From: Schizochytrium sp. TIO01
Lineage: Eukaryota; Protista; Bigyra: Labyrinthulomycetes
Reading direction: 5' to 3'
DNA length: 64,000 nucleotides
Assembly (NCBI GenBank): GCA_004764695.1
Contig: SMSO01000008.1
Location: 248,001 to 312,000, forward strand
Below the pieces are notes generated by a model. The model searched no databases and had not been told where the DNA came from. It saw only the letters and a program-made list of their open reading frames with translations. Each line of letters opens with the position of its first letter. Position 1 is the first letter of the stretch. The position numbers were made by a program, and so were the translations under genes. This document shows positions 59,761 to 64,000 of this stretch, piece after piece.

Positions 59761-62503
59761 TAATTTATTCTTCAATGCAAATGCCACGGAGCCAACACTA
59801 AGTTGAGGGACAGGGTTAATGCTAGAGCTTGCTCAACGAGATCTTGTCAATGAACGAGTTTACCAATCAAAATATTACTACTACCACTGGTGATGTGGCC
59901 TTAAAAGAAATGCTACTTTGACCACCACTGGCATTCCACGCTGTACCAACATTCAAGCTAGGTCTGAGAGCTTTGCTAATACTTAAACACGTATTCGAAG
60001 AATTGCTTTTATTGAAGCTGAACAACCCACAATGAAATCCTCCTTTCAAGTTTTGGGCCTAATCTGCACAACTAACTAGATACTACCTACCTCATTATTT
60101 GTTGAAGGGTGATCCAGAAAAACGACCGTGCCACTCTCACTAGTCTGAGGTATTATTGAAATCTTTTTGCTAAAACAATCACTCATTTACTAGCAAGAGA
60201 GGCTGAAGGCTGGAGCATCATGTACTGATATCTTCTAGGACAACCCAAGTTCGAGTTGCACTCAAACGATCCTAATCATCGTAGTTTTGATTACTACTCA
60301 ATGCAACGTAGATCGAGATCTCCTACTCGCTTGCGCAATCATTTATCACTCGCTCGAACCTTCACGTTTGATGCCCTTGACTCAGTCTACAGTCTTGTAA
60401 GCATTATGGGCAGCTTTGTGTTTAGTTCTTTTATTGGCAAGTGGGAGTGGAGCACCTTGCAAGCACCTCCTAACCTGAATTGGAACCGCACGCGCTTTCT
60501 CCCAGAGTTCCTGTATACCAATTTATGCTACGCTACGTACCTACTTACTTTGCATCATTAAGGTTATATTTCGTATGTGCTGCTCGGCGTTGTAGAATTG
60601 ATGTTCACCTATTAGCACCCAAACTTTTTACGATACTCTACTACTACGTACGTGCTTGCTCTGCATTCGTTCTTTTTTTAATTGTTGTTGTGATCCTCTT
60701 AAAGCCCTTCAACATAGACTCAGTTCACCGTAAAGCGCTTCCCACGCTCAGCATAGCAAGAAAAAGTCACCCAACATTGGTATTTTGGAACACAATGACC
60801 TCAAAGTTCCTGCACAACTTGGGTGTTTAGTCTTCTTTCTTGTAGAATGCATCGATAATCATGATGAACAACGATGAAGAACCTTTAGCTTCTCGAAAAG
60901 AAAAATTCAACTTACTTGCAAGGCAGAGCGGTCACGCTCCGCCAGCCATCACTCACTTCAACTAGAACTTCAACTTCATGTGCTCGTTGTTGCTAATGCT
61001 TGTACTTTTTCATGATTTATATTTCCAGTCAAGATATCTATGATCGACAACTTTCAATGATCTTGCTCCCATTGTTCAGCGCCAACTCCGCATGCTCTTC
61101 AAGTTGTCCATGGTCACGATCTTGAAGTTGTCCTTACTCGTCTTCTTCGTGACTAGTGAGAACCTCAAGCGAAACCCATATCCTGGCAATACCGTGCACG
61201 ATAGGGCGCTACGAGCGATCGAGCGACCCTCAGCGAACGAGCGAGGGCGCGCATGTGTGTATATCGAGCGCCACGTGCTCGCAACTTTCCAACTCGCTGC
61301 AGGCGCCAAACGAAAGTGAGAACCCAAGGGAGAGAGCCTTTCACCCGCCTTCCCAAGCTTCGCCAGCATTGCCAAGTCCCCGAAAGGCAGATACCTTTGC
61401 AAGGTTTCATGCAAAATCACAGCAAAGTATCGTCAGAGACACCGACACCGAAAGAAAACCGAGAGAATCGACATGACCGAGGAGTTGCCAGAACAGGAAG
61501 AAAATATGGGCGGCACGCGCCGCGCTCTGTAGTTAGTTACGCTGAGAAAAGAAACTCCTACAGAAAGGGTTAGGTAAGGAGCAGTGCTTTTTTCTTCTAG
61601 TTACTCGTTCGTTGAACAGAGATGATTAATGAGAATCATGGAGAAGAATCGATGACCACTTGGGCTGTTCTCTTACTTGCTTGCTTGCTCGCTTACTGTG
61701 TAGAATTCATGGATGGTGGCGGCCAACGATGGGGGCGTGAGAGGAAATATTTGCTAGGGCCCTCAATTTGGGGGTACCAAGCTGGGAGCGGGAAGTGTCA
61801 GTGATCGGTTATGATGCATTATAGGTTGAGAGGTGTTTCATTTGTGTACTCCATCTGAGAAAGCTTCAATACCAATTCACAGTGGTAATCACGTGTTAAT
61901 AGCTGCTATGGAAAGGTGAAATAAAAAAGCTATTTTATAAATATAAATAAAATTAAAATGAAGTACTCATTTGACAGATCAGAGGATGAGAGAGGGTGGC
62001 AAAGCCCGATCCAGCCCGGTCAGACTACTCCTACTCCTTGCCAGCAGCTTCAGCGGTGGCGTGGCGCTTCATAAGACCGGTGTCCACAAATACCGTGCCA
62101 TTTTTTGTACAGCGACTGGGTCACGGTCTGGTGGTGGACGTGAAGCTTGGAGATTGGAGTTTGGAGTTCAAGATTTGAGTTGCCTTGTTTCCTTGTTTCC
62201 TTGTTTGGTGCTGTTTGGCTGCGGTTTGGCTGCGGTCTGGCTGCGGTCTGAGCAACGTTCACTACCTACCAGGCTAGAGCTGGCAAGGAGAAGGTCCCTG
62301 TTCAGCAAGTACTTTTGACACGAAAAATAAAGAGGGACCACTTTTTCTAGCACGAACGATCGGCACTAATTCTTCGGGGTGAATTTGATTCACGGATTCT
62401 TCGTTACGCTGGATTGATTTTGATTTGGCTAGAGGGTTTCTAGCTGAGAAGACGGAACTGTTGCAAACAAATCCGTATATCGGAGTGAATTTAACCAGGA
62501 ATT

Positions 62504-64000
62504 ATGACGCTTGAGAGCGGCCTCGCAAATTTAGGAGGGCTTGAGGAGCTTCTGGCAGTTTATGATGAGCTGGGCGGAGCTGCAGAGCCTGAATTAGAGG
62601 ACTTAGTCAGCCCTTATCGAAGGTGCCTGGGTGCTTATGAAATATTGCTGAAAGAACCACCCTTTTCACAGTCTCTTGGTGATGAGGCAAAATGCTATCT
62701 CATGAATGATGCCATCCTCATCGGGCTCGACACTAAAATGACTGGGAAGACCGCTAGACAAAAACGTATGGGCACACTAGACAAAAAGGACAAGAAGAAC
62801 GGACACTTGGAGATCAAAAGGGGGGCGCTCTCGCGCTTCAAAGGTAAATTCAAGCTGCTCCATTACCTTGATCTTCACAATTGCAGACTACGTGATTGCG
62901 GCACAAACGAAAGTGGTTTTGTTGGATTGCAGCTGACACACGTTTGTCGCGACCTTGAATCTGCACCCAAGAAACGGAACGGTACATTTAAGATTGTCAC
63001 TAAGATTGCAAAGCTTGAACTTTGGTTTCCTACTGAAGATATGGCCAATGAAATGCATCAGCTTTTTCTTGAAGCTGTTGCAGAGAGCCTTGCAGAAGAC
63101 GAAGATGAGGACGATGGCGAGGATGTCGAAGCTGTTAGCTTGGGGGGTAGCGGCTCGGGTATTATCAAACGTTTCTCTTTCCGACGTCATTCAAATGCCT
63201 CTGGTCATTCAGGCAAATCTGGTTCATCTTCTGCTACTGGTGGCACCTCTGCTGGTCGCCAGCGCAAGTGGGCAGTAAACCGTTCTCGTCATGCCACACT
63301 GGAAAAATCGAATTCACAAGGTGGTGTCAGTGTTGGAGGGGCTCTTGCAAAGAAAGAGTCCGCGGCCCATCTTCCCCGCAACGCTTCCTTCGCGTCCAAG
63401 GGTGCCGGAAGCCAAAACGGAGATAGTGTAGGCGGTGGATTGCAGCTCTCTGATTTAGAGGAGCGTTACAACGTCACTCTTGCTGAAGTACCAAAGTCGC
63501 ATGACGGTGAGGTAGACACTAGCTCCTTTGATGTAGAATTTGGAGAGGGTCGACTTGGCCTAAGCCTCGCCAGTGGACCAGGAGTTGGTGTTATTGTTGG
63601 ATCTCTTGCCGAAGGTGGCTTTGCTGAAACTGCTGGTATTCTCGTCTCAGATCGCGTTTGCGCCATTAACGACGAAACAGTTGGCCTTGACGACCATTGG
63701 CAGGATGTCTTGCAAAAGCTTAAAGATTACGATCGTCCTGTTCATGTTCGTTTTGAGCGTTTCGCTGCGCGTACACATCAACTTATCGCTGAAAATGAGA
63801 AGCTTGCCTCCGTACGTTCCCCTATCGGCAAAGGCACTGATACCTCAGCTGCTAGCCTGGCCAAGGCTAGGGAACTGGAGCGAATCTTGCAAAAGACTGA
63901 ACGCATTCTCAATCGCGGATATGAAATGCGAGATCTTATCGTCAACCTTAAGGATGCACCATCCGTAAAAGACAACACGGAAGCCCGTGCCGCGGCCAGC
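62504..64000 (+). CDS. PH-like + PDZ domain protein (partial, runs off the right edge; missing from ORF track)
   Basis: My translation from ATG 62504 (MTLESGLANLGGLEELL...) has no stop to 64000. PH-like AKCYLMNDAILIG...KLELWFPTEDMANEMHQLFLEAV. PDZ at about 63521-63760: FDVEFGEGRLGLSL..GVIVGSLAEGGFAETAGILVSDRVCAIND..VLQKLKDYDRPVHVRFER. Confidence 0.88.
   Translation, partial: MTLESGLANLGGLEELLAVYDELGGAAEPELEDLVSPYRRCLGAYEILLKEPPFSQSLGDEAKCYLMNDAILIGLDTKMTGKTARQKRMGTLDKKDKKNGHLEIKRGALSRFKGKFKLLHYLDLHNCRLRDCGTNESGFVGLQLTHVCRDLESAPKKRNGTFKIVTKIAKLELWFPTEDMANEMHQLFLEAVAESLAEDEDEDDGEDVEAVSLGGSGSGIIKRFSFRRHSNASGHSGKSGSSSATGGTSAGRQRKWAVNRSRHATLEKSNSQGGVSVGGALAKKESAAHLPRNASFASKGAGSQNGDSVGGGLQLSDLEERYNVTLAEVPKSHDGEVDTSSFDVEFGEGRLGLSLASGPGVGVIVGSLAEGGFAETAGILVSDRVCAINDETVGLDDHWQDVLQKLKDYDRPVHVRFERFAARTHQLIAENEKLASVRSPIGKGTDTSAASLAKARELERILQKTERILNRGYEMRDLIVNLKDAPSVKDNTEARAAAS

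Noticed and set aside
60480-61600. Overlapping short ORFs between the 928-aa gene and the PDZ gene
   Set aside because: No coherent frame or family motif could be supported.

Overview
Eukaryotic nuclear DNA. Long intron-free ORFs separated by microsatellite-rich spacers suggest a thraustochytrid/labyrinthulomycete stramenopile (inference). I support 11 protein-coding genes: a partial gene at the left edge, an IQ/PH-like archaemetzincin-like protein with a destroyed catalytic motif, a BT1 folate-biopterin transporter, an orphan with an internal duplication, a WD40/AT-hook/Zn-finger protein (TFIIIC-like), a membrane-anchored six-KH RNA-binding protein, a mitochondrial carrier, a WD40-like protein, an R2R3 Myb factor, a 928-aa hypothetical protein, and a PH-like/PDZ protein that runs off the right edge and is absent from the ORF track. 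About 23 kb (30.4-53.5 kb) upstream of the Myb gene is a gene desert full of simple repeats. The main hidden feature is a decayed Fanzor2/IS607-TnpB-type RNA-guided nuclease gene on the minus strand at about 1.54-2.26 kb. It is visible only by reading through stop codons, and hairpins lie where an omegaRNA scaffold would be. No tRNA, rRNA or CRISPR array was found.
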